Shown one piece after another: positions 1 through 10,869 of a DNA stretch of 64,000 bases. The stretch is from Candidatus Latescibacterota bacterium (lineage in GTDB: Bacteria > Latescibacterota > UBA2968), in the NCBI GenBank assembly GCA_965222605.1, contig OZ244960.1, positions 4,000,001-4,064,000 on the forward strand. The letters are read 5' to 3'. The position numbers were made by a program, and so were the translations under genes. Positions within the stretch are counted from its first letter, which is position 1; every line of letters begins with the position of its first letter. Below the pieces are notes generated by a model that worked only from the letters and a program-made list of their open reading frames with translations, was not told where the DNA came from and searched no databases.

Positions 1-543
1 AGAGCATTGGCCACAATTAAACAACAAGCATTGGATTTTAATTGTATAATGGTCGGTGATGGACCTTTGCAGGAGCAGTTGATAGATCAGCTAAAAGAAA
101 AGAAATTGGAAGATCGAGTCGAATTTGTAGGGAAGTTTTCTCAAGTCCAGGTGAAGGATATTTTGGAACAAGCAGATATATTTTGTCTTCCGTGTATTCA
201 TGCAAGCAGTGGTGATAGAGACGGCATACCTGTTGTTCTTATGGAAGCGATGGCAAAACGCCTCCCCGTGATTTCAACTCATATGAAAGGAATCACCGAG
301 TTGATCAGGTCTGGAGATAACGGGTTGCTGGTGCCAGAGAGAGACGAGCAAGCACTTGCAGATGCGTTAATGACTCTACTAAAAAGTGCTAATTTGAGAT
401 CGCGTTTGGCTGAAGCAGGTTATAATACGATTCATGAATATTTCAACTCAAAAAAAGAAACGACAAAATTGTATCAAATATTTCTTAAGCAACTAAAAGA
501 AAAAAATACTAAGGATGATGATACGAAACGAATATGGACTTGA
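1..543 (+). CDS. GT4-family glycosyltransferase, C-terminal part (5'-truncated by window)
   Basis: GDGP motif, ADIFCLP and DGIPVVLMEAMA (Ex7E-type) motif, GITELI..GDNGLLVP. Confidence 0.9.
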   Translation, partial: RALATIKQQALDFNCIMVGDGPLQEQLIDQLKEKKLEDRVEFVGKFSQVQVKDILEQADIFCLPCIHASSGDRDGIPVVLMEAMAKRLPVISTHMKGITELIRSGDNGLLVPERDEQALADALMTLLKSANLRSRLAEAGYNTIHEYFNSKKETTKLYQIFLKQLKEKNTKDDDTKRIWT

Positions 544-713
544 CCCTGAATATCGTAAAATGTCGCCATTATGGGCTTATTTATACAAATCCTCGGTTGG
601 ATAATAATCAACTGGTCGGTTATTATGGTTCAGATTATTTCACGCAAGGCACTTATAACAAAGACGACCAGCACAGGGCTTACTACTATGGAGTTGTCTT
701 TGGAGGGTTAAGT
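534..713 (+). pseudogene. Remnant resembling the N-terminal Zn-ribbon-like segment of class I SAM methyltransferases
   Basis: IVKCRHYGLIYTNPRL..L..YY..DY resembles the C..CGlvy.nPr....l..yY..dY N-terminus; the second Cys is lost and no SAM-binding domain follows. Confidence 0.45.
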
Positions 714-1616
714 ATGAAAGTTGTATTTCTCGGCGGTGGTCAATGGGGACTTTTCCCGTTAAAAATGCTTCTCCAAAAAGAGCACGTTACTGGCATTGTA
801 GTGCCCGTTAAAGATCCTTTGATCGTCCGTGAAGGTCTGAAAAATCGGATTCCAACCTGTAAAATCGTCGATAGGCACGAGCCACAGTTTGAAGCTTTTC
901 TGAGGGCCTGTGAGCCTGATCTCATTATTGTAGCTGGCTTTCCTTTTATTCTTCCTCCAAAAATTCTCGATATTCCCTTTAAAGGAATCATCAACCTTCA
1001 TGGCTCTTTGCTACCCGCCTACCGGGGTCCCCAGCCGCTGGAATGGCAAATTATCAATGGCGAGAAAATCTCGGGGGTCACAGTACATTTCATAGACGAA
1101 GATATCGATTCAGGGGATATTGTGATGCAAGCAGAAGTACCCATATTGGAAACCGATACACTTAAAACTATGGCATTGAAGCTGGGCAATAAGGGGTGGA
1201 GACTCCTTGAAGACACATTAGCGAGATTCAAAAAAGGGTCTGTTCAAGGTATCCCTCAGAAACACCATCTCGCATCTTATTATGGAAAAATAACGGAAGC
1301 AGACCGCAAGATTGATTGGACATCTGGTCGAATGGCTATTTTTAATCTTGTACGTGCGTTGCCTCCATATGCACCGGCTTTTTCGGATTTGGAAAATGTA
1401 AGATGCCATATTTACCGTTTGCGCTCCGTGACAAGCAAACCTTCAGGTATGCCCGGGCAAATTCTATGTCAACCATCGGTTTCGCATCCTATGATCATCA
1501 GCACGTTAGATGGAGATGTCGCTGTATTTAAATATACTTTATCCGGACGTAACGGTAGAAAACTTTCCCGAGAAACGGCTAATGACATTCTAAGCCCCGG
1601 AAGTTTTTTCTTATAA
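714..1616 (+). CDS. Formyltransferase (Fmt/ArnA-like, probably sugar N-formyltransferase)
   Basis: INLHGSLLPAYRGPQP and GVTVHFIDEDIDSGDI motifs; GGAGGG RBS before ATG 714; glycosyltransferase context. Confidence 0.85.
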   Translation: MKVVFLGGGQWGLFPLKMLLQKEHVTGIVVPVKDPLIVREGLKNRIPTCKIVDRHEPQFEAFLRACEPDLIIVAGFPFILPPKILDIPFKGIINLHGSLLPAYRGPQPLEWQIINGEKISGVTVHFIDEDIDSGDIVMQAEVPILETDTLKTMALKLGNKGWRLLEDTLARFKKGSVQGIPQKHHLASYYGKITEADRKIDWTSGRMAIFNLVRALPPYAPAFSDLENVRCHIYRLRSVTSKPSGMPGQILCQPSVSHPMIISTLDGDVAVFKYTLSGRNGRKLSRETANDILSPGSFFL

Positions 1617-1695
1617 GCCATCAAATCTTGTTTGGCCCGAGTGAGGCAACAGCATCGTTTTAGCGGATTATACCACTCTTCAAGGTATCCTAATT

Positions 1696-2568
1696 TTGAT
1701 GATTTGTGTTTACAGAAAATTGCTTACGACTCTTTGTTTTTTTTCTTACGCTTTAGGAGCTTCTTGGGCTAGCGAGATAGTATTTTGCGAGATGTTTATC
1801 TTTGATTTTAGATCAAACAATAGGGTGTACGAAGAATGGCTCAGCGGGTTCGTATTCTGCGTCCTGGTATTAATTCTCCCTATCCTTTCATTTGTTATGC
1901 CCAACATTTGTCTATCATCAATGCGGTGGTTGGTGCTGACATCGGGAATGATTTTTCCCTGCTGCTTCATATTGCTAATATCATTCTCCAATGTGTGTTT
2001 TATTCTCGATTATCCTATCCGTATTGCTTCCACGCCAAGATCCGCGGATGTGATCGATATCGGTGGACAGGGAAGTTTTCCCCTGAGTTTTGATTTGGGT
2101 GCCGATCTTTTTCATGCAGGCTTAGCCTCAAAAATAGTGACATTCGTCCCTAATAGAAAACCCTATTCTTCGTATTTACACCAGACCCTTTCAATACCAC
2201 CTGATGCCATTATATGGGCGAGGGGTAAGTCTAATAACACATTAATAGAAGCATCCTCACTCGCCAAATTGTGTAGGGACAATTCCTGGGATAGCGTAAT
2301 CCTGGTCGCAGACTCCCATCGTATGTTTCGGAAATCCAGGGCTTTTATTAAAGCAGGTGTTCCGATAGTTTATCCTGCAAATGTTACTGGAGATCAACAG
2401 TGGATGGCTCCTGCGAAGTTTATCGGTGTGAGTCAACAAGCCTATTGGGATTTAAATGGTTTCGAATGTGACTGGTTTATTCTTCAGCAATTTCGGCACA
2501 AGATGGTGATCCGGACACTGCACGAATATTTGGGAATTATTTTTTACGCGGTCATTGGATACATTTAG
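1696..2568 (+). CDS. YdcF/ElyC/SanA (DUF218) family membrane protein; start uncertain
   Basis: N-terminal hydrophobic helices, SNNTLIEA, VILVADSHRMFR..RAF, C-terminal HEYLG. Confidence 0.7.
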   Translation: MMICVYRKLLTTLCFFSYALGASWASEIVFCEMFIFDFRSNNRVYEEWLSGFVFCVLVLILPILSFVMPNICLSSMRWLVLTSGMIFPCCFILLISFSNVCFILDYPIRIASTPRSADVIDIGGQGSFPLSFDLGADLFHAGLASKIVTFVPNRKPYSSYLHQTLSIPPDAIIWARGKSNNTLIEASSLAKLCRDNSWDSVILVADSHRMFRKSRAFIKAGVPIVYPANVTGDQQWMAPAKFIGVSQQAYWDLNGFECDWFILQQFRHKMVIRTLHEYLGIIFYAVIGYI

Positions 2569-2681
2569 TAATGCCTTCAAAAGGCTTGTCTTTAGACTTA
2601 TCTCCAGGTAGCATCACTATTTTGCAATTTCGATTGCTTTTATCACATTTCGCAGGTTTCACAATAGATAAGGAGGAAAAC

Positions 2682-5162
2682 ATGAAAGCAGGATTAGCAA
2701 TTTATACGGGTTTTACACTGTTGTTTTGCATCTTTGGTGCTGGCTTGTCCAAAGGAGAAACCACAATAGACGCGCTGTTTCAGAATGCAATGGAGCAAGT
2801 TGATCAGGTGAGTCGTGCGGAAAGCATTGTGGCTTTGGAGGAGATTATTTCCAAAGATAGAAATTATGCGCCTGCATACAACGAATTGGCCAAACTACAT
2901 CTGTTGGACCACACCGTAAATGGCCGACAGCGCGCAATGCAGATGATACAGCAGGCAATCGAAATTGATCCCGACAATATTGAGTATCAGCTAACGCGAG
3001 GAAAGATTTTGTGGCATCAAGGCTTTCGGTCACGGGCATTGAACCAATTCAAAGACATGACCCAAAAGCATCCTGAAAATACGGATGTCCTCAATAGTAT
3101 AGGTATGTTCTTGGTGTATGATTTCCTATCACAGAAAGATAGAAGAGCGCCATTGAAAGAGATGGACATGGGGTCCAGGGTACCACATTACAAGACAATG
3201 GCAATGAAGCCCAGGATAAAAGATTTCAAGACCTTTGCCCAGGAATCCAAACAAGAAGCAGTGCAAGTCCTGCGAAAAAGCATCGAATTGGATGGAACCA
3301 ACCAACAACCTTATTATTTTTTGGGCATACTCTACTTTGAAGATGAGGACTGGAATGCGTTTCAAACCTTGATGCAAGACTTGTACGCGCAATATCCAGA
3401 TGACAAAAATGCGCTGCTATTTTGCGGCTTTGCCGCTTATCAGATTGGTGAGTTCAATGACTCACATGAATACTATCAACGCGCGCTTGACTTGATGAGT
3501 GTTGAAGAGCGCGAGTTGCTCGAATCTATTGATTTGCTTGTATCCGAAGAAGATCATGCATCCCGCGATACGACGCAGGCAATGGATGAATTATTAGAAC
3601 GCGAGATGTTTTGGAAGCGTCAGGACCCGCTCTATTTGTCTGATTTTAACGAAAGAAAAATGGAACACTTTGGTCGCATAGCGTATGCGAATTTGCGGTT
3701 CAGGAGATTTTCAGATGATGTTGAAGGCTGGCAGACGGATATGGGGAAGACCTATATCAAATTTGGAAGATATAGACGGCGCGTGACAACCAATAAAGGG
3801 ACATGGGATTCTGAAGAGGTCCTGGATGCCGCAATGATGGAGTTCTGGTATTACGAAAACTTTCAGTTCAAATTTTGTGGCACGACGGATGATATCTGGT
3901 ATTTTTGCGGCGGTTCATGGTATGGTGTCAGCGACCGCCTACCTATAGGAGCAAGTGTCTTCCGTGAATACTACTTCGGGGATAAGCTTCCTCTATTGGC
4001 GATGATCAGGGAAAAGTATCCTAAAGAAGGGATGAGACAAGCCTTTGCTCCTGTGCCTCGTACACTTCGGGAAGCCTCACATCATATATTCAAAAAAACA
4101 GAGCAACGGTTTGTCGATCCTTACCTCGACCGAAAATACACCCTTCCCCATCAGATCGCTGCCTTTGAAGAACGAGACAGCGTGCGGGTCGAACTCAGCT
4201 ATATGATTCCCAAAGACCGATTAACAGAAAATTTTGAAACGGGCAAGGTGAGTTTTTGGGATGGCGTGTTCTTCTTCGATCAGCAGTGGAATGATATGTA
4301 TAATGATCGCGAGTCCAAGACCTTCACATTACCGCCGCAGAAACCTGCACAAAACGCCGCTGCACAACATCGTAACGATCACCTGTTGGTCTCGCGCACA
4401 TTGTCTGTACCCCAGGGACGCTATCATTTTTCAGTAGAATTTATGGATCAAACATCTGGTCTAATTGGTATAGCACGCGATGAGAAGCAGTATGTCTATG
4501 ACGATGAGACCTTTCATCTGAGCGATCTGCTCGTCGGCAACGATATTCAAACGAAGAAAGCATTGCCAGAAAGCCGCGGCGACCTGCTCATCACACCCAA
4601 CCCTGTCCGAACATTTTCACAGTCTGAACCGGTCTTTATCTATCTGGAACTGTATGATCTCCAACGCGATGACTTTGGCAATACCCAGTATGAGATCTCC
4701 TACACCATCGGCAAGCCAGAGGTAGATACGCTATCGCCCACATTATTCGCCTCTCAAGATCTGATTGAGACGATGGGTAAAACAGAGATTGATCTGAGGA
4801 GTGAACAAGCAGACCAAATTGCTGCCGAGAATTTGCAGACCGGGCAATCACAGGATGACGATGTGCTCGATAGCGTATTTCCCGATAGCGATATATGGGG
4901 AGAGACGAGGGTTTATACGAGTGGTGGACAGGTTCATCATATCGCTGCTGAGGACTTGAAGGTCAAGCGATCAAAAGATGGCGATTTGACCCGTACAGTG
5001 ACAGCTAATTACGAGGGCAATCGCGAAGATGATTTCACGTATTTGCAGATTGATGTGAACCAGGTGCCTGAAGGAATTTATCAATTAACTGTATTGGCAA
5101 AAGACAAGCAGACTGATCAGACGGATAGGAAATACGTCTATTTTCGGATTGTAGATAAATGA
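2682..5162 (+). CDS. GWxTD domain protein with N-terminal TPRs, exported
   Basis: AGGAGG RBS before ATG 2682, signal peptide, TPR-like helices, FW..QDP...ER..EH..RIAYAN..F....GWQTDMGKTYIKFG. Confidence 0.88.
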   Translation: MKAGLAIYTGFTLLFCIFGAGLSKGETTIDALFQNAMEQVDQVSRAESIVALEEIISKDRNYAPAYNELAKLHLLDHTVNGRQRAMQMIQQAIEIDPDNIEYQLTRGKILWHQGFRSRALNQFKDMTQKHPENTDVLNSIGMFLVYDFLSQKDRRAPLKEMDMGSRVPHYKTMAMKPRIKDFKTFAQESKQEAVQVLRKSIELDGTNQQPYYFLGILYFEDEDWNAFQTLMQDLYAQYPDDKNALLFCGFAAYQIGEFNDSHEYYQRALDLMSVEERELLESIDLLVSEEDHASRDTTQAMDELLEREMFWKRQDPLYLSDFNERKMEHFGRIAYANLRFRRFSDDVEGWQTDMGKTYIKFGRYRRRVTTNKGTWDSEEVLDAAMMEFWYYENFQFKFCGTTDDIWYFCGGSWYGVSDRLPIGASVFREYYFGDKLPLLAMIREKYPKEGMRQAFAPVPRTLREASHHIFKKTEQRFVDPYLDRKYTLPHQIAAFEERDSVRVELSYMIPKDRLTENFETGKVSFWDGVFFFDQQWNDMYNDRESKTFTLPPQKPAQNAAAQHRNDHLLVSRTLSVPQGRYHFSVEFMDQTSGLIGIARDEKQYVYDDETFHLSDLLVGNDIQTKKALPESRGDLLITPNPVRTFSQSEPVFIYLELYDLQRDDFGNTQYEISYTIGKPEVDTLSPTLFASQDLIETMGKTEIDLRSEQADQIAAENLQTGQSQDDDVLDSVFPDSDIWGETRVYTSGGQVHHIAAEDLKVKRSKDGDLTRTVTANYEGNREDDFTYLQIDVNQVPEGIYQLTVLAKDKQTDQTDRKYVYFRIVDK

Positions 5163-5233
5163 CCTCCCCGACTTTTGTCTCGGCCAGTGGATTTAATTCT
5201 GTTATCGACTAAAACGGGTCAGGTCTATCAAGT

Positions 5234-5264
5234 AAAAAACCACGTCCTTTGGGCGTGGTTTTTT
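5234..5264 (+). terminator. Intrinsic (possibly bidirectional) terminator
   Basis: AAAAAA-CCACGTCC-TTT-GGGCGTGG-TTTTTT downstream of the GWxTD gene. Confidence 0.8.
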
Positions 5265-5511
5265 GGTTTTTACTGCTAATGTTTTCGACAGGGATTAAAA
5301 CCGCGATTGTTTGCTCTCCATGCTGGTATGCACATCGATCAATACGGTTTTGCCATCAGCCTGTGCATCTGACAGACAGGTCGGCATTTAAATATATTTG
5401 ACCTTACGCAGCAACTCTATATCTTGTCATGCATTTGAAAAGGGAATGACAGGCGCATCTATGCGTAACGTCAGTTAAGGAGTCATCAGAGAACCTTATG
5501 TGAGGAGAAAG

Positions 5512-8025
5512 ATGATGAATCCAGAACGCGATAAACAAGCACCATTGACCGGGATCCGCGTTGTCGATTTCGGTCATTATATTGCCGGGCCTTTGACAGG
5601 GATGTTGCTCGCAGATCAGGGTGCCGAGGTGATTAAGGTGGATCGGCCGGGCAAACCGGATTACGATACGCCGGCAAATGGCGTTTTTAATCGGGGCAAA
5701 CAGCGCATTACTCTCGATCTGAAAAGTGCTGACGATCTGGTAACGACGGTGAAGTTGATCCGTTCGGCGGATGTGGTTATTGAAAATTTTCGCCCCGGTG
5801 TTATGCAGCGATTGGGTTTGGGGGCAGAAGAGATGACTGCGTTGAATCCGGGGCTGGTTTATCTCTCTTTGCCGGGTTTTGCCTCGACGGATGAAAGAGC
5901 GTCGATTCGCGCTTATGAAGGTATTATCAGTGCGGCAATAGGTCAATATACAGATCTTCAAAGCAGAAGGGCTGACCTGCCGCCTGTTTACACGCCGATG
6001 CCATTGGGTTCGACTTATGGGGCGATTCACGGTGCTATTGCTGTTACGCTTGCGCTGTATGCGCGTGAAGAGAGCGGGTGTGGCGATGTGATTGAGGTTT
6101 CGCTGGTCGGTGCGGCGATGTCTGCTATGGCGGTTATTATGCTGGATGTGGCGGATAAGCCCGCGCGATATGGCTCGCCGACCAATGCTGGTCGTCAGAG
6201 ACAACACAGTAGCGCGGGGTCTCCGTTTAGTGGCACGTTTCGCGCGGGAGATGGGCAATGGCTTTATATTATTGCGGCTGGGCATTCCCGAAATAGCCGG
6301 TCACTGGTTAAAGCGCTGGAAGTGTACGATGATTTGATTGCCGAGGGTATGGTCGATGTGCCCGTGTATGAGAATCTCCATTTGACGAAAAATATTCCCG
6401 ATTCATCCCATTTGTCCAGAGAATGGAATCTCAAAGCACGAGAGAAAATTGAAAGTGTGCTGGCGAGTGAACCCGCACAACACTGGGTTGATGTTTTGAC
6501 GGCTGCCGGGGTGCCGTGTACGATTCAGCGCACGGCACAGGAGTGGTTGCACAAATCCGAGACCGAAGAAGCGGCTTTGACTGTTGTGGTTGATGATCCC
6601 GATTACGGCTCGATGCGGCAACTCGGCGTGCAGACATGGCTTTCCAAAACGCCCGATGAATGCGCGATTCCCAGGCCGTCGAGACCGTTAGAAGCGTATC
6701 CGCAGATGACGCAGCACAGGCGAAGCCTACAACGCAGCGAAGCAAGTATCAACGCAGATGAATCTTTTGCAGGTGGCGGTGAATCCAAATCCATAGAATC
6801 TGCAAAACCGATTCTGGAAGGTGTTCGCGTTCTGGATTTGTCCAATGTACTCGCCGGGCCAGCCAGTGCGCGCACGCTGGCGGAATACGGCGCGGAGGTT
6901 ATTAAGATCGATCCGCCAGATCCCTATTTTGGTCCGCGCATTTCCAGTTGGTTTCCCCTGGAAGTTAGCCCCGGCAAGCGCAGCGTGATTTTGAACTTGA
7001 AAGACGAGGCTGGCAGGGCAGCTTTTATGAAGTTGGTTGAAACAGCCGATGTTATTGTTCACAATTTCCGGCCCGGCGTTGCTCAAAATTTGGGTATTGA
7101 TTACGATGCTGTTAAGAGGCGCAAACCCGATATTGTGTATCTCAATTTGACGGCTTTTAATGGTCCGCGCCCGGGTCCGTGGATGAATCGCCCGGGTTTT
7201 GATCCCTTGCTTCAGGGATCGACCGGGATACAAATGCGCTATGCTGGTGAGGGCAATAAACCGATCTTGCACGGCTGGGCGTCGTGTATCGATTATATTA
7301 CGGGATATTCGGCAACTTATGGCGCGGTGCTGGCGTTGCTGAAGCGCAGGCGCAGTGGCGTTCCCGACGGCGGCGATTTTGTGACGACTTCGCTCGCGCA
7401 GGGGGGGCAACTCGTGCAGGCGCCTTTTATGTTTGCTTGCGAAGCCGAGTGCTCGGGTGATGAGCCGTCGGGGCAGGATGCTGTTGGAGAACACGCGCTT
7501 CACCGCATGTATCGCGCGCGCGATGGCTGGGTTTTCCTGGGTGGGTTGGCGCATGAGATGGATAAATTGAGATGTATTACGGGGTTGGAGCAGGTCCCCG
7601 ATGAAGATGCTGGCGAATTTTTAGAAGGGGAGATCAAAAAACGCGATGTCGCACATTGGGTCAAAGCATTTAACGCAGTGGGGCTGGCCGGGCATCGCAT
7701 TGATTCGCTGGAAGATATTCGCGAGATGTTTTTGCACGAGGTGTGTGACGATCTGTTGGACGCCTGGGACGATGGGCGATCTATTTCTATTGTTCGCTTT
7801 ACAGATCATCCGGTTGGCAGTGCTGTCGATCTCGCACCACCCGCTTATGTGCGTCTGAAAAACGCGCCTATTCAATTGCTCTACGCTTGCCCCAAACAGG
7901 GGACGCATACGAGGGAGATACTCGAGGAACTGGGTTATGATGACGACTATGTTGACGATCTGATCGCACAGGGCATAGCGAAAGAGCAACTTCACAAGTA
8001 TTATTTGCCATACGGTGACGATTAG
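5512..8025 (+). CDS. Class III CoA-transferase (CaiB/BaiF), two fused domains
   Basis: Two copies of L.G.RV.D....AGP.....LA..GAEVIK.D and ADVV..NFRPGV. Confidence 0.92.
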   Translation: MMNPERDKQAPLTGIRVVDFGHYIAGPLTGMLLADQGAEVIKVDRPGKPDYDTPANGVFNRGKQRITLDLKSADDLVTTVKLIRSADVVIENFRPGVMQRLGLGAEEMTALNPGLVYLSLPGFASTDERASIRAYEGIISAAIGQYTDLQSRRADLPPVYTPMPLGSTYGAIHGAIAVTLALYAREESGCGDVIEVSLVGAAMSAMAVIMLDVADKPARYGSPTNAGRQRQHSSAGSPFSGTFRAGDGQWLYIIAAGHSRNSRSLVKALEVYDDLIAEGMVDVPVYENLHLTKNIPDSSHLSREWNLKAREKIESVLASEPAQHWVDVLTAAGVPCTIQRTAQEWLHKSETEEAALTVVVDDPDYGSMRQLGVQTWLSKTPDECAIPRPSRPLEAYPQMTQHRRSLQRSEASINADESFAGGGESKSIESAKPILEGVRVLDLSNVLAGPASARTLAEYGAEVIKIDPPDPYFGPRISSWFPLEVSPGKRSVILNLKDEAGRAAFMKLVETADVIVHNFRPGVAQNLGIDYDAVKRRKPDIVYLNLTAFNGPRPGPWMNRPGFDPLLQGSTGIQMRYAGEGNKPILHGWASCIDYITGYSATYGAVLALLKRRRSGVPDGGDFVTTSLAQGGQLVQAPFMFACEAECSGDEPSGQDAVGEHALHRMYRARDGWVFLGGLAHEMDKLRCITGLEQVPDEDAGEFLEGEIKKRDVAHWVKAFNAVGLAGHRIDSLEDIREMFLHEVCDDLLDAWDDGRSISIVRFTDHPVGSAVDLAPPAYVRLKNAPIQLLYACPKQGTHTREILEELGYDDDYVDDLIAQGIAKEQLHKYYLPYGDD

Positions 8026-8137
8026 GAATTGGAGAGCTTATGCCATCAGAAGAAGCGGTTGCACAGGCAAGAGAACGGGCGATTCCCGTGCTGGATGCGT
8101 GGATGGCTGGTTTTAATGCGGCGGAAGGGGTGCAACT

Positions 8138-9175
8138 ATGAGTTACCAGCGGGAGTTCGAAAGCCGGCTGAATGTCGGCGTTGTCGGCGTCGGGTCACAT
8201 TGTTACAGGAATATTCTGCCTGCGATGCATTATCTTCCGGTCAGGCTTCAGGCTTTTTGCGATTTGAGATTGGATCTTGCGAGAGCGACTGCGGAGGAAT
8301 ACGGCGTGGGTGCTTGTTATGCCCGCGCTGCGGATATGTATGCAGGTGAAGATCTGGATTGCGTTTTTATGTGTGTTTCTCCCGAAACACATCCAGAGTT
8401 GGCGTGCGAGGCGTTGGATGCCGGGCTGCATGTGTGGATGGAGAAGCCGCCTGCTACGCTGGCATCTGAAGTTGAGACAATGATAGGGCATCGTGGGGAG
8501 CGCGTCGTTGTTGTTGGGTTCAAGAAGGCATTTATGCCGGCGACTCGGAAGGTGATTGAGTTGATGGCTACTGAGGATTGCGGCCCGCTCAGCGGGCTTT
8601 CTGCAGAATATCCGATGACTATTCCCGAAGATGGGGAGAAGGTGCTCAGATCGCGCGAGGCACCCAACTGGCTGAAGAATGGCTGTCATCCGCTTTCGCT
8701 GCTTCTCGCTGTTGGAGGAGATGTTTCGGCTGTGACTATGCACAGAAGCGATCAGGGTGGTGGTGTGTGTGTTCTCGAATTTGCGAGTGGTGCTGTAGGG
8801 TCTTTCAATCTGGTTTCTGCGCGTCGTGGATGCGAGCGGTATGCATTTTGGGGGAAGCAGCATGTCGCGATTGATAAAGATCTTCGTGTGACTCTGGAAC
8901 GAGGTATTCCTTTTAATTATTCACGTACGAGAAGTTATATTCCCCCGGGTTTGGAGTCCGGTGCGATCTCATGGGAACCCCAGGATACGCTGGGGACTCT
9001 TGAGAACAAGGCTCTTTTCACGCAGGGCTTTTACGATGAGATGCGCTATTTCTGCGATTGTATTCTAAAAGATAGGATGGCAGAGGTCGGGTCCCTGGAG
9101 TTCGCGCTGTCTGTTATGAAAGTTTATGAGGCGGCACTGCTGTCGGGAGGGCGCAGGGTCGCGATCTCTAATTGA
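8138..9175 (+). CDS. Gfo/Idh/MocA family oxidoreductase
   Basis: VGVVGVG Rossmann motif, H...[16 protein letters not shown]. Confidence 0.9.
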   Translation: MSYQREFESRLNVGVVGVGSHCYRNILPAMHYLPVRLQAFCDLRLDLARATAEEYGVGACYARAADMYAGEDLDCVFMCVSPETHPELACEALDAGLHVWMEKPPATLASEVETMIGHRGERVVVVGFKKAFMPATRKVIELMATEDCGPLSGLSAEYPMTIPEDGEKVLRSREAPNWLKNGCHPLSLLLAVGGDVSAVTMHRSDQGGGVCVLEFASGAVGSFNLVSARRGCERYAFWGKQHVAIDKDLRVTLERGIPFNYSRTRSYIPPGLESGAISWEPQDTLGTLENKALFTQGFYDEMRYFCDCILKDRMAEVGSLEFALSVMKVYEAALLSGGRRVAISN

Positions 9176-9194
9176 CGATTTTCGAGGAGTTTTT

Positions 9195-10007
9195 ATGGAT
9201 CGTTTGAAAGATAAAGTTGCCATTGTCACGGGTGCGGGTACGCGCGAGATGGAGGATAGGAAATTGAGAGGTGTAGGGAGTGCGACTGCTGTACTTTTTG
9301 CGCGCGAAGGTGCAAAGGTAATTCTGGCGGATATTGACGAGGAAAATGCGAAGAGGACCCAGGCGGAGATTCGAGCGGAGGGTGGAGAGGCAGAGATCGT
9401 TTTGGCCGATGTTTCAAAGACGGATCAATGTCGGGCGATTGTGGAAGCGGCAGTTGAACACTATGGGAAATTGGATATTTTGTTTAATAATGTGGGGATT
9501 CACGGGTCTGGCAGGGTGACAGAAATCGATGAGGAGAACTGGCACCGCGTGATGGATGTGGGGCTTAAGAGTATGGTTTTTTTGTGCAAGTACGCCATTC
9601 CCGAGATGGCGGCGTCTGGCGGCGGTTCTGTTATTAATATTTCGTCTATTGACGGTATGCGCGCTGGCAGTTCGCGCAATGTTCCCTATGGTATTACCAA
9701 GGGGGGTATTATTACGCTGACGCGACTGGCTGCGGTTCACCACGGGCGCGAAAATGTGCGTGTGAATAGCATTGCACCCGGGCATCTTCACACGACTTTT
9801 GTCGGTCAGATTCCCCAGGAATTGCGAGAGCGCCGCCGAAAGATCGCGCCGCTCGGCACAGAGGGCAATGCATGGGATATTGCCTGGGCAGCGGTGTTTT
9901 TGGGTAGCGATGAGTCGCGCTGGATATCGGGCGTGGTCTTGCCTGTGGATGCCGGGCTTTTTGCAGGGTCGCCGCTGTCTATGTACGATAATTTGAATGA
10001 GGAATAG
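9195..10007 (+). CDS. Short-chain dehydrogenase/reductase
   Basis: TGAG, NNVG, SS, YGITK catalytic motif; GAGGAG RBS before ATG 9195. Confidence 0.92.
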   Translation: MDRLKDKVAIVTGAGTREMEDRKLRGVGSATAVLFAREGAKVILADIDEENAKRTQAEIRAEGGEAEIVLADVSKTDQCRAIVEAAVEHYGKLDILFNNVGIHGSGRVTEIDEENWHRVMDVGLKSMVFLCKYAIPEMAASGGGSVINISSIDGMRAGSSRNVPYGITKGGIITLTRLAAVHHGRENVRVNSIAPGHLHTTFVGQIPQELRERRRKIAPLGTEGNAWDIAWAAVFLGSDESRWISGVVLPVDAGLFAGSPLSMYDNLNEE

Positions 10008-10032
10008 GTAAAACTAAAAACAAGGAGTTTCT

Positions 10033-10869
10033 ATGGCTTATAAATTTCAACCCGGCAAGATGTATCGCATGCCCACGCATTTCGGCCCGCTTATGGGACC
10101 TCGTCAGGGTCCAGATGGTCGCAAATTTGAATGTAAGGACAATCCCAAAAATACTTCGGTTTCGGTGTCTTTTCTGTCCAATGCGGAGCAGCTCAAAGCG
10201 CTTTTGCCCGATTGTTTTGAACTCGGCGGGAAGCCCGTTGTTACGGTGTATGCCAATTATATGAAGGAAATTGAATGGCTGGCTGGGCGCGGTTACAATA
10301 TTCTCGGTGTTACTTTTCCAGCGGTGTTTAAGGGGCAGAAAGACCATGTTCGCGGGCCTTTTCTGTCCGTGCTCTGGGAAAATCTCTGTGACCCGATTAT
10401 TACCGGGCGCGAGGAACTCGGGTTTTCAAAAATCTATTGCGAGATGCCCGAGCCGCGTATTACGAGCAGCGAAGCGCAGGCTGTTGCGGGTTGGTTGGGG
10501 TTCAATTTTCTGGATATTTCGGTGACAAATCTGAGGCCAAAATCCGAAGATCCGACACCTGCGAAGGGCGGTGGCGCGAAGGTTGATGGTACGCTTCACT
10601 ACAAATATATGCCCCGAACGGGTGTATGGGGTACAGAGGATATTGCCTATCCGGTTATTACGCCTGCGACGGGGGGGCATCGAAAGGTTGAAGAGCATTT
10701 AATCGGCGATGGATGTGTTACGTGGAATCGCGCGCGTTGGGAAGACCTGCCTACGATGTATAATATTGTCAATGCGTTGGCCGATTTGGAGGTTGTCGAG
10801 TATTTGGGCGGGTCGCTTACGCGCACGGTTGGCGGCAAGGATTTGAGCGATCAACGCATTTTGTGTTAG
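10033..10869 (+). CDS. Acetoacetate decarboxylase-like family protein
   Basis: YRMPTHFGP start, PIITGREELGFSK (Schiff-base Lys motif). Confidence 0.8.
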   Translation: MAYKFQPGKMYRMPTHFGPLMGPRQGPDGRKFECKDNPKNTSVSVSFLSNAEQLKALLPDCFELGGKPVVTVYANYMKEIEWLAGRGYNILGVTFPAVFKGQKDHVRGPFLSVLWENLCDPIITGREELGFSKIYCEMPEPRITSSEAQAVAGWLGFNFLDISVTNLRPKSEDPTPAKGGGAKVDGTLHYKYMPRTGVWGTEDIAYPVITPATGGHRKVEEHLIGDGCVTWNRARWEDLPTMYNIVNALADLEVVEYLGGSLTRTVGGKDLSDQRILC

